Shown here: piece after piece, positions 38,465 to 52,130 of the stretch
Layout of the letters: each line of letters starts with the position of its first letter
Numbering within the stretch: the first letter of the stretch is position 1
NCBI RefSeq assembly: GCF_018977255.1
Contig: NW_024704743.1
Location: 88,476,001 to 88,540,000 of the forward strand
Length of the DNA: 64,000 nt
Source: Callorhinchus milii
Lineage: Eukaryota
Reading direction: 5' to 3'
Position numbers and translations under genes: made by a program
The notes under the pieces: generated by a model
Told to the model about the DNA's origin: nothing
What the model saw: only the letters and a program-made list of their open reading frames with translations
Databases searched by the model: none

Positions 38465-39303
38465 ATTAACATGAAGCCCAGTTAGTCAGAACACTGAGAG
38501 ATACTCACTTTTTCTAATTCTCTTTGCAAATAGTTATGCACTCTTTAATAGCCAACTAAACTGGCAGATCGAGAATTCTTAAAATTATATTATTCTTGGT
38601 AACATCAAAACTGTTCATTCTTCTCAACTGCACAGATTCTATGTTCTTGAATATCTCTAATATCACTTCATCTAATTTGATGTTGAGATTAATTGGTTTT
38701 CAGAGTAATAATTACAGATTTGTTTGTCACAGTGGTAGATTGTCACACAGGCAAGCGCTCTAGGATACTACCCCGCTTGAAGGGTCCTATATGAATGCAA
38801 GTTGTTGTTGATACCACAGAGAAACATTTCAAGGTGTTTTTGTTGTATAAAAGGGGTTTGGAAGTCCAACCTAATTTAAATGTTGACTAAGCCTGGCCTT
38901 TGATGAATCCTTCTTTTAATTTTCGTTTTGAATATTATGGCTACATGTGAGTTCACGTTTCTGGTTTGGAAAACTGGCCTCTTGAACATTCAAATTTGGG
39001 GAATTGGTAAATTAACATACATCAACAGCTTTAGTCCATTTTGCATGTGGCTGGAGCAGTCAGCAATGACTCAATAATGTAACAAAGGCTCAGCAAACAT
39101 CATCAAACAATAACGCTTCTAAGGGAATTGCCACCTTGATCAAATTAAATGACTCACTGATTTAATTCCGTGTGGGATCCAGTTTGTTTTTATGGCTTCT
39201 AATCACAGTAGAAAAAAATATTTTATTATTAGTGTTTAAGACTAATAGCTGAATTAACTGCAGACATTTGTGCAAAGTAACCAAATACTTTAAAACCTTA
39301 CAG

Positions 39304-39439
39304 ACTATTCCCAATGGATATGCACAGAGGGAAACCAAGTGGAATGGTGTTCCAACATTTAGAGGCAAACAAGATCATAATGGACAACAACGACCAATTG
39401 AAAGACGCCATTCTGGTCAAGGAGATGGTACAAAAAAGG
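39304..39439 (+). CDS. C8orf88: C8orf88-like coding exon (TIPNGYAQRETKWNGVPTFRGKQDHNGQQRPIERRHSGQGDGTKK+G)
   Basis: Acceptor ccttacag, donor GTAAAA; 136 nt; ends KK in phase 1, joining to E-R-I of the next exon as in KKERIKY of C8orf88. Confidence 0.7.
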
Positions 39440-39526
39440 GTAAAAGAATTATTAATATCTAGATAATATAATTGCAAATGTGCCGAATATATTATGAGTC
39501 CACTGTATTATACTATTGTACATTAT

Positions 39527-40555
39527 ATAATAATAATAATCGTTGCATTTAATATAACACTTTATCATGTCTTCAAGACATCTCAAAGCGCTTCATAGAA
39601 TATACTGTAAAGTGAATTGACTATATTTTTGTGGGCGAAACTCGGCAGCCAATTACACACAGCAATGTTAAATTATACTGAAACTCTCCAAGGCCCACTC
39701 TCGACTCTGGATCGGAAGGTTTAAGTTCAAATCCCATATTGGGACGTGGACTTGCATAGTCTAAGTTGACACACTACCTCAGTGCGGCGTATGTTGCATT
39801 GTCAGAGGTGTCTTCCTTCGGATGAGATGTTAAAATAAGGTCCTGTCTGCCTATCCAGGTGGATGTTAAAGCTCCCATGGTACTTTTTGAAAAGAGTAGG
39901 GAATTTCTCCCAGTGTACTAGTCAACAATTTCCCCCAAATAAAATTGGTCATTTGTTTCAAGCTGTTTGTGGACATTGCTGTGCACAATTGAGCCTCATG
40001 TTCACCTACAATACGCAGCCACTCCACATTAAATCCTGTGAATTACTTTGAGACATCCTTCCAAAGTGAAAGGCGCCATACCAAATGCAAGAATTATTAT
40101 TACTCATAATATATTCAATTATTTTGGATTCCCTCCGACTCCCCCCACTCCCCTCACTCACCAATTTCAAGGTCCATCTCAAGATGTCCCTCTTCAACCA
40201 CGCCTTTGGTCATTTTTCCTCTCTCTACCCCATCATTGTGGAGTCCTGTAGCTCAGTGGTTAGAGCACTTGCTTTGCAAGCGAGAGACCTGAGTTCAATT
40301 CCAAGCAGGGCGAAACCTTGGGCAAGTTTCCTTACTCCACACGCCTAATAATAATCCCTCCAAAAAACAAAACAATAATAAATTGGTCATTTTCTATCCA
40401 CGATTGTTTGTGGGACCTTGCTGTGTGCAATTGGCTGCCGAGTTTCGCCCACAAGTATACAGTCAATTCACTTTACAGTCTGTTCTGTGAAGCGCTTTGA
40501 GATGTCGAGAAGACGTGAAAAGCGCTATATCAAATGCAAGGATTATTTTTATTAT
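39527..40555. mobile_element. SINE cluster: SINE tail(-) 39527-39670, Deu-like SINE(+) about 39690-40100, L2 tail piece, full short SINE(+) 40238-40555
   Basis: Family heads and tails; the 40238 head has a tRNA-Ala-like arm gctttgcaagc. Confidence 0.88.
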
Positions 40556-41288
40556 CGCCATGTAAATATATATACATATATATTAAAGCAGGCATAACCA
40601 GCACACCAAAGGTTCCTGGGATATTTAGTATAAAATGCCCACTAAACGGAGGTAGTGTTTGATATGAGACGGAGACTATCTTACTTTCTCAAACTCTTTT
40701 GCCTGTTGAATCACGCGAGAGGGTGAATTTTTCTTTGAACAAGGGAGACCACCATCTCAAGGGGAACTGATCCTCCTTTGCTTGAAGCGAGGATAGCAGA
40801 GACATGGACCGTGAACAGGCTGAATGCAATTAGAAGGATGTAGGAATGGCGATGCTATTGTTTGCATTCAGCAGGAAGATTGTCCAGAAGGAGCTGGGAT
40901 TTCTTCTGGAGGAGTTGAGTTGGCTGATAAAGCTGTGGGGAGAGGAGAGTTTTGATATCGTTTTGTGAATCAACTGGTGAAGTAATTTGGGGAAAGCTAT
41001 GAAGAGAAGAAGAAAGAGAAGCCTCTGTGATTATAACGCAGAGGCTCTGTTGGATCGAGAGATGAAGGTCATTACATATAATTAAACAACGAAGAAGTAA
41101 ACAAGCAATACATGGAGGTTTGGCTGAGGATGCACTGTCAGGTACTGGGACCAGCATTGACGGTGAAAGATCAGGACTTTGCTTGGAACGGAGGGAGAAC
41201 ATTGAAAGTTCATCTGTTTCCAGATCCGCAGGTTCTGATGGTGATTAAGCATTTACCAAGCATGATAGTGTGGGAGTGCTGAGGGGTG

Positions 41289-41490
41289 TATCAAGGCGTG
41301 CCAAAGTTATGCAATAAATGTGGGAAGCTGGGACATCTGGCAACTGCGAGCCCTGAGACGAGGTGCAGAAATTCTGAACCGCGGGATGAGTAGGTTACAG
41401 GATTCCAAGAAATGCAATATGTTCAGCAAGGAAAGGCATCCGTACAGGACATGCCCTTGTTCTTGTGCAAATACGACAAGGGAAGAATTC
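41289..41490 (+). mobile_element. Tx1/L1-clade LINE ORF1 zinc-knuckle relic
   Basis: [18 protein letters not shown]...RCRN and KKCNM...HPYRTCP. Confidence 0.7.
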
Positions 41491-41639
41491 AAAAGACTGA
41501 ATGGAAGGGAGGCACAACGAGTCTTTGGGATGGGGTGGGGGGACAAAGGAGAAATGTAAAGGCGGGGTACGGAGAGGAAAGAGGGTGAGGGTTTGGAGTG
41601 TTTCATCCAGGTGGGGGTCAGTGAGAGAGGGGAGCAAGA

Positions 41640-44600
41640 CCATAAGATGTAGAAGCAGGAGTAGGCCATTCAGCCCCTTGTGCCTGCCCCGCCATTTAAT
41701 AAGATCATGGCTGATCTTCTAACCTAATTCCATTTACCTGCCCTATCCCCATATCCCTTAATCCCTCTATCCTTTAGAAATCTATCAACCTCAGTCTTGA
41801 ATATGTTCAAGGACTGAGCATCCACAGCCTTCTGGGGTAGAGAATTCCACAAATTCACTACCCTCTGAGTGAAGAAATGTTTCCTCAACTCAGTTTGAAA
41901 AGGCTGACCCTTAATCTTGAGACTGTGACCCCTAGTTTTAGATTCTCCAACCAGGGGGAACAATTTCACGACATCTACCCTGCCAGGACCCTTAAGAATC
42001 TTATAGGTTCTATAAGATCACCTCTAGTTCTTCTATATTCTAGAGAATATAGGCCTAGTTTACTCAACCCCTCTCCTCATAGGTCAACCCCCTTATCCCA
42101 GGAACCAACCTAGTGAATCTACGCTGCACCCCCTCTTAAGCCGGGTATGTCCTTTTTAATTAAGGAGACCAAAACTGCACACATTATTCTAGGTGTGGTC
42201 TCACCAAGGCCTTATACAACTGCAGCAAGACTTCCCTACTCTTGTACTCCAACCCTTTTCCAACGAATGCCAACATGGCATTAGCCTTCCTAGTTGCTTG
42301 CTGTACCTGCATATTAACTTTTTGTGACTGGTGTACAAGGACCCAAATCCCTCTGAACACTAACACAACCTAGTCTCTTCCCCTCTAGAAAATAATCCAT
42401 TTTTCTATTTTACTACCAAGGTGAATAACTTCCCACTTCCCCACGTTATACTCCATCTGCCACCTTCTTGCCCACTCACCTAGCCTGTCTATTTCCCCTT
42501 ACATTCTTTGTGTGTCATCCTCATAGCTTACTCTCCCACCTATCCTTGTAACAGCCGCAAATTTAGATATGTTAAGTTCTATTTCCTCATCTAAATCATT
42601 GATATAGACTGTAAATAATTGAGGCCCAAGCACTTATCCTTGTGGCACTCCACTAGTCACATCCTGCCAATCTGAGAAGGACCCGTTTATCCATACTATC
42701 TGTTTTCTTCCTGTTAACCACTCTCCAATCCATGCTAATATATTACCTTTAATTCCATGGGCTCTAACCTTATGCAACAGCCTTTTATGTGGCACCTTGT
42801 CAAATGCCTTCTGGAAATCTAAATACACCACATTTACTGGTTCCCCCCATCTAACCTGCTAGTTACATCCTCAAAAACTCTTAAGATTTGTTAAACATGA
42901 TTTCCCTTTTGTAAAGCCATGTTGACTCTGCCTAATCATGTTACGATTTTCTAAGTGCCCCACAACAGCGTCCCTAATTAAGGACCCTAGAATTTTCCCT
43001 ACCACCGATGTAAGACTATCTGGTCTATAGTTCCCTATTTTTTGTTTCCCACTTCTTAAATATTGGCGTTACGTTTGCAACCCTCCAATCAATGGGAACC
43101 ATTCCAGAATCCAGGGAATTTTGGAAGATCAAAAACGAAACACCCACTATCTCTGCAGCCACCTCTTTTAAAACCCTAGGATGCAGGCCATCAGGTCCAG
43201 GGAATTTATAGTTTTTTAATCCTATCAATTTCTCTAGTACTATTGCTTTACTGATGTTCATTTCTTCAAGTTCCTCACTAACATTAGCCTCCAGGTTCCC
43301 CTCTATTTTCAGTAAGTTTTCAGTGTTCTCTTATGTGAAAACAGAAGCAAAATATTTGTTTAATGACTCTGCCATTTCCCTATTCCCCATTATAATTTCT
43401 CCTGTCTCTGACTGCAATGGACCCACATCCACTTTTGATAGTCTTTTCCTCTTCATGTACTTGTAAAACTCTTACAATCTGTCTTTATGTTCCTAGCTAT
43501 TTTCGTCCTCTTAATCAGTTTCTTGGTTTTCCTTTGTTGTTCTCTAAAGTCCTCCCAATGCTCAGGTTTACTGCTCTTTTTGGCAGTATTATAGGCCTCT
43601 TCTTTTAATTTTATACTTTCCCTAACTTCTCTAGTTAGCAAAGGTTGAATCTCTTTTCCCGTGGTATTTTTATTTTTGAAGGGAATATGTGATCACTGGG
43701 AATTATGTATTATATCTCTAAACATTTGCCATTATGGGATTACCGTCATAATTTTTAATCTAATTTCCCAGTCTATTTTAGCCAAATCTTCTCTCATACC
43801 TGCAAAGTTGGCTTTGTTTAAATTTAAGACCCTTGCTTTGGATTCAACTATATCGCTTCACTTTTTAACACTTAATGTTAAATTCCATCATGTTATGGCC
43901 ACTCTGCCTGAGAGGAGCCTTAACTTCCAGATTGCTGATTAGCCCTATTTCATTACCCAAAACAAGATCTAGGATAGCCTATTCCCTGGTTGGTTCCTCA
44001 GCATACTGATCTAGAAAACTATCTCTAATGCATTCTATAAACTCATCCTATAATTTACTTGTGGCAATTTGGTTTTCCCAGTCTATATGAAGATTGAAAT
44101 CACCCACTATTAGTGTATTACCCTTGCTACCCTTGATTGATACCTTGCCCAATACTGTAACTGCTGTTTGGGAGTCTATAAACTACTCCCACTAGTGTTT
44201 TCTGCCCCTTGTTGTTTCTTACCTCCATCCATACTGACTCGACATCCTGATTTTCTGATTTAAAATCCTTCCTCTCTACTATTTTTATCTCATCCTTTAT
44301 TAGCAGGGCTACCCCCCTCACCTCATTTTCCACATTGCCTATCTTTCCTATACGTCGAATACCCCAGAATGTTTAGCTCCCACCCTTGGTCTCCCTGTAA
44401 CTGCGTCTCAGTAATAGCCACAAGATCGTACCCATTTATGTCTATTTGTGCACTTAATTCGTCTAGCTTGTTATGAATGCTTCGTGCATTCAGATATAAC
44501 GCATTTAATTTTGACCTCTTACTATTTTTTCTACTCGTTAATGCCCTATTTCCTTTATTGAGTATTTTGTCCCTTCTTTACACACTCTGTTCTTTATCTC

Positions 44601-45680
44601 CCAAGTCACTATTCTGCTCTACAGCCATGGCTGTTCCTTGTAATGTCGGTTTACGTTTAACTGTAGCTGTAACCCTCCCTCTCCCCACCCCTTAATAGTT
44701 TAAAGCTCTGCCTATCTCCCTATTTAATCGTTTTGCCAGGACATTGTTCCCAGCCCGGTTAAGGTGGAGCCCATCTCGATGGATCAGCTCCCTTTTCCCC
44801 CAATACTGGTGCCAGGGTCCCATAAACGAAACCCCTGCCTCTCATACCACTCTTTCAGCCATGCAATTAACTCTTTAATTTGTTTGTCCCTGTAGCCGTT
44901 TGCGCATGGCTCAGGTAGTAATCCCAAGATTATCACCTTGGAAGTTTGTCTTTTTAATTTCATTCCCAGTTAATTGAACTCACTCCTCAGCTCGTCACTA
45001 CTACTCCTACCTATATTGTTGGTTCCTACGTGGATCAACACAATTGGATCATCCCCTTCCTACTTCAAATTCTTCTCCAGCCCTGAAGAGACGTCCTCAA
45101 CAGAGCCTTCGTGACACCTGGTTGTGGCTGCAGAGCAGAGTTTCTGTCAGCCTGACTGTCTCGTCCCCTATCACAACCACCGTTTCGCTCCCCCAACTTG
45201 TGGCCTCCTGTATAGAGGTGATGGGGTTAGTTTGCCCAGCCTCCTCCTTATAGACTTACTTGTCCACACAGGTTGCAAGTACCTTGTATCTGTTGGACGA
45301 GGTTAAAGCCTGAGGCTTCTCCACCACTCTCTGGGGTTGCCGTACCTGCCTGACTGTCAGTCACACTTTCCTGTCCCTGACTACTAGCAGGATCTATAAA
45401 TTTACTGAGCCTCAGGGTAGTGATTGTCTCCTGGATGAAACTCCAGGAAGCTCTCACCTTCCCTAATGCTGCGCAATATCTGCACCTCAGATTCCAGCTC
45501 AGCTACTCTAAGCAGGAACTTCCTCAGTTGCAGACACTTGCTGCAGATTTAGTTGCCCGGGCTCAGGCTGCTTTCCATCAACTCCAACATACTGCAGTCA
45601 TCGCACAACACCAGCCCTGCCATTCTCTCCTCTCTCTCTCACTCTATTATGGTTTTAATTTAAGTTTTCTTTTTAGTTTT
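41640..45680 (-). mobile_element. Near full-length (~4 kb) decayed CR1 LINE with ORF1 (zinc finger/zipper and esterase-like) and ORF2 (APE endonuclease and RT)
   Basis: CKCLQL...ELE (ORF1), LHLNRAG, LYLNARSI, VGVVYR, PGPDGLHPRVLKE, YLDFQKAFDKVPH, SGVPQG, LYKALVRPHLE, FFTQRVVNLWNSLP. Confidence 0.95.
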
Positions 45681-45699
45681 TTGGAGACTAAGAGATTCT

Positions 45700-45985
45700 G
45701 TCGGTGGCAGACATCATGGCCTAGATGAGTGCAAAATTCTTGCAACTAAATGTTGACAAGACAGAAGCCATACATACTCCTTGACTCTAGTCAATGTCTT
45801 CTGGCCTGCGGTTCTGACGTCTTCAATCTCCCTGGCCTATCCCTGAAGCTCATTAAATTGGTGCACAACCTAGGCGCTCCTACCTCACATCCGATCCCTG
45901 CCCAGGAACCCTTCCCCCATCTTCGCCACATTGCTTGCCTCTGACCGTACCTTATCCCAGACACAGCCAAAACACTCATCCATGC
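45700..45985 (+). mobile_element. L2-clade internal fragment
   Basis: FLQLNVDKTEAI, HLRHIA, TLIHA. Confidence 0.75.
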
Positions 45986-45989
45986 GTCC

Positions 45990-46671
45990 AAGAAGGGCTG
46001 AAGATGGAGGCAGCGAGTCAAACGTGATTGGTGGTTTGTGCAACAAAGGAGGCTTTTTGATGGGCAAGGAATAGACTAGTACATCAGGAAAGTGTATTAA
46101 CAAAGACAGCCGGTGGCGAAGAGTATAAAGGACTGCGCTTGAAGGGATACAGAAGATGGGTGAAGAAAAGGGGTTGTGAAGATTGGAGGTTGTTGCTGTG
46201 GAACAGATCTTTTTGTGAATTGGGTAATGGGTGGACAAGAAGGGAAGGCAGCGTTGATTTACTGAAGGGTATTGTAAGTGGGGTTTTTTTACTCGTTAAA
46301 TTGCATATCTCGATGTAACAGACTCGTTCGGTTAGTTTATGAGGTTGGATTAAAGTTTGTGCAGCGACAAGAATATTTAATCTTGTTTTTCTGGAGCTGA
46401 AGTGGGGTGGTGTAGTTGAGAGGGGTTTTGTTTAGGTTGTAAAGTAAGTCAGTTTCACCTCCTTGTTTTGCTGTATCAGGAATTAAAGGTTAAATGGGAT
46501 GTTTTATGATTGCATACGTGATGGTGAGACTAGCATAGAGATAGCAGTCATACTAACTCGATGGAGGGTATATTTTGCAGGTGGTCGGTTTGATGGATGA
46601 TTTGGATTGTTATAATTCTGCACATATTTTAGGGGTATGTTTATGCTTTTGTACAGTTTTAACCAAATAAA
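45990..46671 (+). mobile_element. Tx1/L1-clade ORF2 3' end and 3' UTR relic
   Basis: KEAF*WARN.LVHQ-like residues, GT-rich 3' UTR and terminal AATAAA. Confidence 0.55.
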
Positions 46672-46831
46672 TCTTAACTCAATAACTAACTCAATAAACT
46701 ACAATTGCCTCTGTCTCTATATATTGCAAAAGTATGCTGTTATTTGGCTTAATAATGAAACTAGTTATACCGATACTTGGTCCAATCAAACCTCAGCTTG
46801 TGATGATATTTAAATTATGTTTTAGATGCAG

Positions 46832-46938
46832 AGAGAATTACGTACAGCAGAGATTTCCTGATGAAAATTGCTAGACTGCCTATTTCAAAAGAGAAACCAG
46901 AATTTTTGCCATCTCTTCCTGTGGTATTAGAGAGGCCA
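46832..46938 (+). CDS. C8orf88: C8orf88-like exon with eIF4E-binding motif ((E)RITYSRDFLMKIARLPISKEKPEFLPSLPVVLERP)
   Basis: YSRDFLM fits Y-x4-L-phi; KPEFLP..PVVL..P matches the recalled C8orf88 C-terminal block; donor GTAAGT; alternative in-frame acceptor gives a start at 46826. Confidence 0.88.
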
Positions 46939-47342
46939 GTAAGTTATTATTTTCACATGAATTTTTTTAAAATAGCAAATTGTATTTCTGTAATGGTCAT
47001 CTAATGGTGATCATTTGTAAAAGACTTTTAGTTGATAAGATTATATGAGCAAGCCTTTTAAAACACTATGAACCATAGAAATGTACGGCACAGTAAAAGG
47101 CATTCAAATTAACTGCCTCAGTAAGCAGATGAATTGGGATGTTTAAAAAGGACATACTTAGGTACTTGAAGTAAGTGTATTAAGAGATTTGGAAGGATAG
47201 GCAAATGGGAATTAAAGATCTAATATCTGGTAAGTTATAGGACAGGTAGTCATTTTTGTGCACTACAGTAATATAGTTTGATTTTCAAATTAATATATTC
47301 TGTTAATCTTGTTTTTTCACTATTTCTGTTTTTTTAAACCAG

Positions 47343-47408
47343 AGAGAGAGGATGTATGAAAGTGGGTCTGTGCTTTACTTACCAAAAGATGGCTACCAAT
47401 CATCATGA
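47343..47408 (+). CDS. C8orf88: Candidate C8orf88-like terminal coding exon (RERMYESGSVLYLPKDGYQSS*)
   Basis: Strong polypyrimidine tract + CAG at 47340-47342, phase 0, TGA at 47406-47408, AATAAA at 47662; no recognisable homology. Confidence 0.45.
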   Translation, partial: RERMYESGSVLYLPKDGYQSS

Positions 47409-50400
47409 AATTGCAGGCTGATCGACAGATATAAGTCAAGTCCTGAACTCATCTGGAAGGTGCATATATTCTGTGTTTAATATTTTTAAGCGTAACTGCT
47501 GGACTTTTGGATCTTTATGGGAAGAACTCATCCAACCTTACTCAACAACCAGAAGATTTTCAGTGATGAGGTTCATGATTAATTTCTTTGATTCTAATTA
47601 ATCAAGATGGTGAAGTACCATATTTGTAAAACAGCACTTTTGGTAGAGTTTGTGCACTTGAAATAAATTGAAAATGGGTAAAAAAGATTTTTCATGTAGC
47701 AAATGAACTGCATAGAAAGGACAAACTAATATTTGTTGTGTCTATTGAGGGGTATCTTGAACATTGGCATCTTGAACATTGACTGCAAAGACCCATTTTA
47801 CATTTTGAAATGAGATATACAAGGACCATGCATGAAAAGCAAGTTGATGTAGTAAAGCCATACCACTTTAACCATTTCCATGAAGTCTTATCAAAGACTA
47901 GTGTTATGTGTATCCTTGCTTTTTATTTACAATGTTTTTTTAAACTAGGAGCGACAACATTGGTTTGAGTAATTCTGACAAAGTGAATTCCCATTTTTGG
48001 AATGATGTTATTCTTTAAAAACAAGATAGGATCATTTGATTAACCTTTGGGGAAACCACACATCCTTTGGGGTTGTAAAGGAGTCACTCTACTTCATCCT
48101 TCCTACATTATACAAATGCTGCTTCCTGGGTAACTTATTTATAGATGATGAATTTTAGAGGGAGCAGTTGGTAAGGTGAGTTTTAGATAATGTGGAATAT
48201 TAGATGGAGCATGATGATTTAAACTATTTTTCGTAACCTATTTTCCATGGTGGGCGGGGTGGGGAGGGAGTGGGAGGCATGCGAGAAAAAGGCCAACTAT
48301 TAGATCCTCATGCCTTCAAAACCATCTGTAATATCTAGTGGTCTTTGTTACCCAACACGTCAAATAATATTCTGCTGAGTTTCTGGATAAACAAGGTTGG
48401 ATTTACAATGTTGTAGAACTCTTCATGCTGGGCTAGTGGGCAATTATTACAGCAAGAAGTTTAGACCACAAGAAGCCATTGATGGAAATTCTGCTAGATC
48501 CAGGTTTAGATCTCAAGATTCAGTGTTGAACAAGGCAATAAAGCTGTATGTAACAAGTTGATTGGTTGTTGGCTATAGTAGATACAGCCTTCTAGTTGAA
48601 TAAGTAGGATAATCTTGTGTAGCAGAGTGAATAATGGTTCCTTAACTCAGATTAAAGATGTGACAATTAATGGGACTGATGAGATCCACTTGACTTTCTT
48701 TGGAAGGATCTGGATCTAATAATTTTCTGGTTCCATGTGTAAAAGATCTCTAGAGTCCTGGTTATAGAATTTAGTCAAAAAGGACCATCACTCCATTCCA
48801 AATACAAAAAGTTCTTGAAACATTAAATGTATTTTTCAAACTGGTATACTTTGTCTCTGGATATAAAATCCCCTTTTGTTGATCTTCTTGCATAATCCAG
48901 AGAGTATCCTTGAATGGAGTAGGTCTAGGTTATCTGCTGCCAGTCTTTCTCTCTCACCTCCCTCCCCACCCCCACCACCACTACAATTGAGCCACCAATT
49001 TTAAATACCATCATATTTAATAATATAAGAAAGCATTGAATGAGAAGAGACCATGTTTTTTCTAACATATGCATTCCTTCCACAATCCATTAACATCTTT
49101 CTGTCATGAATTTCTGTATCTGCTTTCCCTGCAAAGTTTTTGACATTCTTCTCCTTCAACCCACAAAGATATCTATCCAAATTTCATTTTGGCTGGTTGC
49201 TTTGTTTTACCCTGACAACTATACCCATAGGCTAAATTCCTTTCTCCAACAGATGTTTATCTAGGTCTTTTATACAGGTGCAAATTGACCTAGTAGACCA
49301 CCTTCAACCTTTCTCTTAATAAATCTCTTGAATCTGTTCACAGCTTAGACGCCTAAGATCTGTAATAATTAACATAATTCTTCTTTGAAGACTTTCAGTG
49401 CATTTATGTCAAGAATAATTCTAACATACTTAAACATGTATAGATGTTTTGATGAGACAGTAAGTGGATATTTTCAGTGAATGATCAATCATATCCCTCA
49501 AATCCTTTCTCACCAATCGGCCACATAATGTTATGCCATCCATCAACAAATATTTTACTATAAATAACCTCATCTATATCATTCACAAACATTGTGAATA
49601 GTAAAGAACAAGTCCATGTGGAACTTCACTGGTTGAACCCCAGGTACAGGGTCTGTAAAACCACTGGCATAGTGTAAATTCAGCACACAATTGGCAGTAC
49701 AACCTCTATAAATGATACAAATAAAACTGATTTATCAAGTCCAACACTATTAATGAATAAATTGTGGTGAAATTGAAGCTTGCAACTGTAGAAAAAGAAC
49801 TGAGGAGATAAATGCCTATTTGTACTTAGTACAGACTAGATATGTGTATAATTTGTATTCACAGCAAGAGGAAGTTATGACAGATTTCAACATTTTAAAG
49901 GGCCCATATTCCTTTAATTTCTCCTATTTTGTCCCATTGGATGACTAGAATTTCCTGTTGTATTCAATGAAGATAAAGAAGAATGTTTCTTTTTCAGCAG
50001 CTCTTCACATTAATAAGTGCAAACAGAATTCATATATCACCTTTCTCCTCCTCTGTATAATTAATGGCAACCCACTACTCATAAAATAGACAATAAAAGA
50101 CAACACAATGCACAATTGCAACATTATGGCAAGTAAGTTACTTCAAACGGAATCAACAGTTAGCAGTTTTGAGTGTATCTTAGAAATGCAGATCTTTAAA
50201 TTAGAAGTTGTAATGCTTTAGCCACCCATGACAGACCAATCTCCAGTTTGTGTTGAGCCTTTTTTTTCCAATTTGCTATTAATATCTTTGAATTTAATCA
50301 ATCCTCAAGTCTATTTTTGGATGAAAAGTAATGTGTTCAGGAATCTATGTAAATATTTGTAATGCTGCTTTAGAATCTGGTATTAAAAGGGACTTATAAT

Positions 50401-51095
50401 ATGGTTCTGATCTCTGGGCCTGTTGAATAACACCCATTGGATATAACTTTTCAAACAAGTATTTTACATCAAATATCAAAATCCTTTAACTCCAGTCAAT
50501 GGCATTCATTCACATTTCCAGCACAATTTTATCAATTATCAATCCCGAACATTCTTCCAATGACATAGGCGGACAATATAGTTAGCTGAATTCAGCCAGA
50601 GTAGTAGAGTTATTATGTTTGACGTTAGCATTGCTGGGTTAGAGACAGGAAGAATAGCAGGTGTTCCCACTTTTCATTACTGCCAGTTTATGAAAATAGG
50701 AGTGGCCACAGCTTTGATGTCCTCTACTTGAGTAGCTCACTGATGCACATTACAACAGAGATTCAGGTTGGTGAATATTGAACTGTACATCAACATGTGT
50801 TAGAGGAAAGGGAGAAGTTTCTGCATCCATATGATTAATCTGCTGCTTCCAAAAGCCTTTTGAGTCTTTCTGTTCTCTCTCTGAGGGTAATTTCTTTTAA
50901 TGAAAAGGTCATCTTCTTAACTCATTATCTGCTGCATCCAAACCTAAATGCACATCCAGAAATTCGATGACCGTATTGTGACATTACTGACAGTATTTCC
51001 ACTCAGACAACATGACTTAACTTCACTAGACATCTCTTAGTACTGACCGCAGCAACCCAGTGACAACCCATACCATACAGTATTTATACCAGATA

Positions 51096-51378
51096 TAATA
51101 ATACTTGCATTTGATATAGTACTTTTCACGTCTTCTAGATGTCTCAAAGCGCTTCCAGAATATACTGTAAAGTGAATTGACTGTATATTTGTGGGTGAAA
51201 CGTGGCAGCCAATTGCGCACAGCAGTGTCCCACAAACAGTCATGGATTGAAGTGACCCAATTTATTTTTTTTTTTCTTGAGGGATTATTATCAGGCGTGT
51301 GGAATAAGGAAACTTGCCCAAGGTTTTGCCCGGGAATCGAACCCAGGTTTCTCGCTTGCCAGGCGAGTGCTCTAATAC
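51096..51378 (-). mobile_element. SINE, short subfamily
   Basis: Tail, body and head. Confidence 0.88.
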
Positions 51379-51804
51379 ACCTGACCAGTCTTGTCCATTT
51401 ATATTAATGTATTACAATATTAAAGGAGAAGCAGAGTTCTAGGGAGAGTTTTCTTCTGTATAAAGTCATTCAGCATAGAAGCATAGAAATTTACAGTGGA
51501 GATGGAGGCCATTTGACTCATCGAGTCTGCGTCTCAGAGCAACCTGCCTGTATATTCAATCCCCCAGTCCTGCCCTATCCCCATACATCTTCAAGCCATT
51601 TCATAAACCTTTCATTAAACTTCTCATAATTTTGTACACCTCTATCAGATCTCCCTTCAACCTTCTCTGCTTTAATGAAAGCAGAGACTGCTTTTCCACA
51701 AAAGTAATCAAGAATCCAGAATATTCATTCATGACACAACAACACAACAGCGAATCAGGAAAAATAACCTGTAAATCAATTTACACATGAACAACTGGAG
51801 ACGT

Positions 51805-52130
51805 GTGTCAGCCTGGCTCATTTGGGAGCACTCTTGCCTCTGTATCAGAAGGTTATGGGTTCAAGACCCATGTTTGGACTTTTATCTCATACAATTTATA
51901 CTGACAGTCCAGTGCAGTTCCGGGGGTGTGCTGCAGTGTTGAAGATGCTGTCCTTCAGATGAGGCTTTAAATCAAGGTCCCATCCGCCTGTTCAATAATA
52001 ATGTGCATTTCTGTAACGCTCTTCATGAAGGATAGTGAATCGGTGCACTACTCAGGTGGATGTTAAAGATCCCAGGGCACTATTCAGAAAAAGAAGGGAT
52101 ATTCTTAGGTGTCCTGGCCAATAATTGGCT
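51805..52130 (+). mobile_element. Deu-like SINE; another copy at about 53485-53762
   Basis: Head and core motifs. Confidence 0.8.

Noticed and set aside
40238..40320. tRNA-Ala-like sequence (also at 30650-30730, 59640-59711 and elsewhere)
   Set aside because: SINE heads continuing into SINE body and tail; no complete acceptor stem
47690..49700. Very old CR1-like fragments on both strands
   Set aside because: Likely real but too decayed to give supportable boundaries
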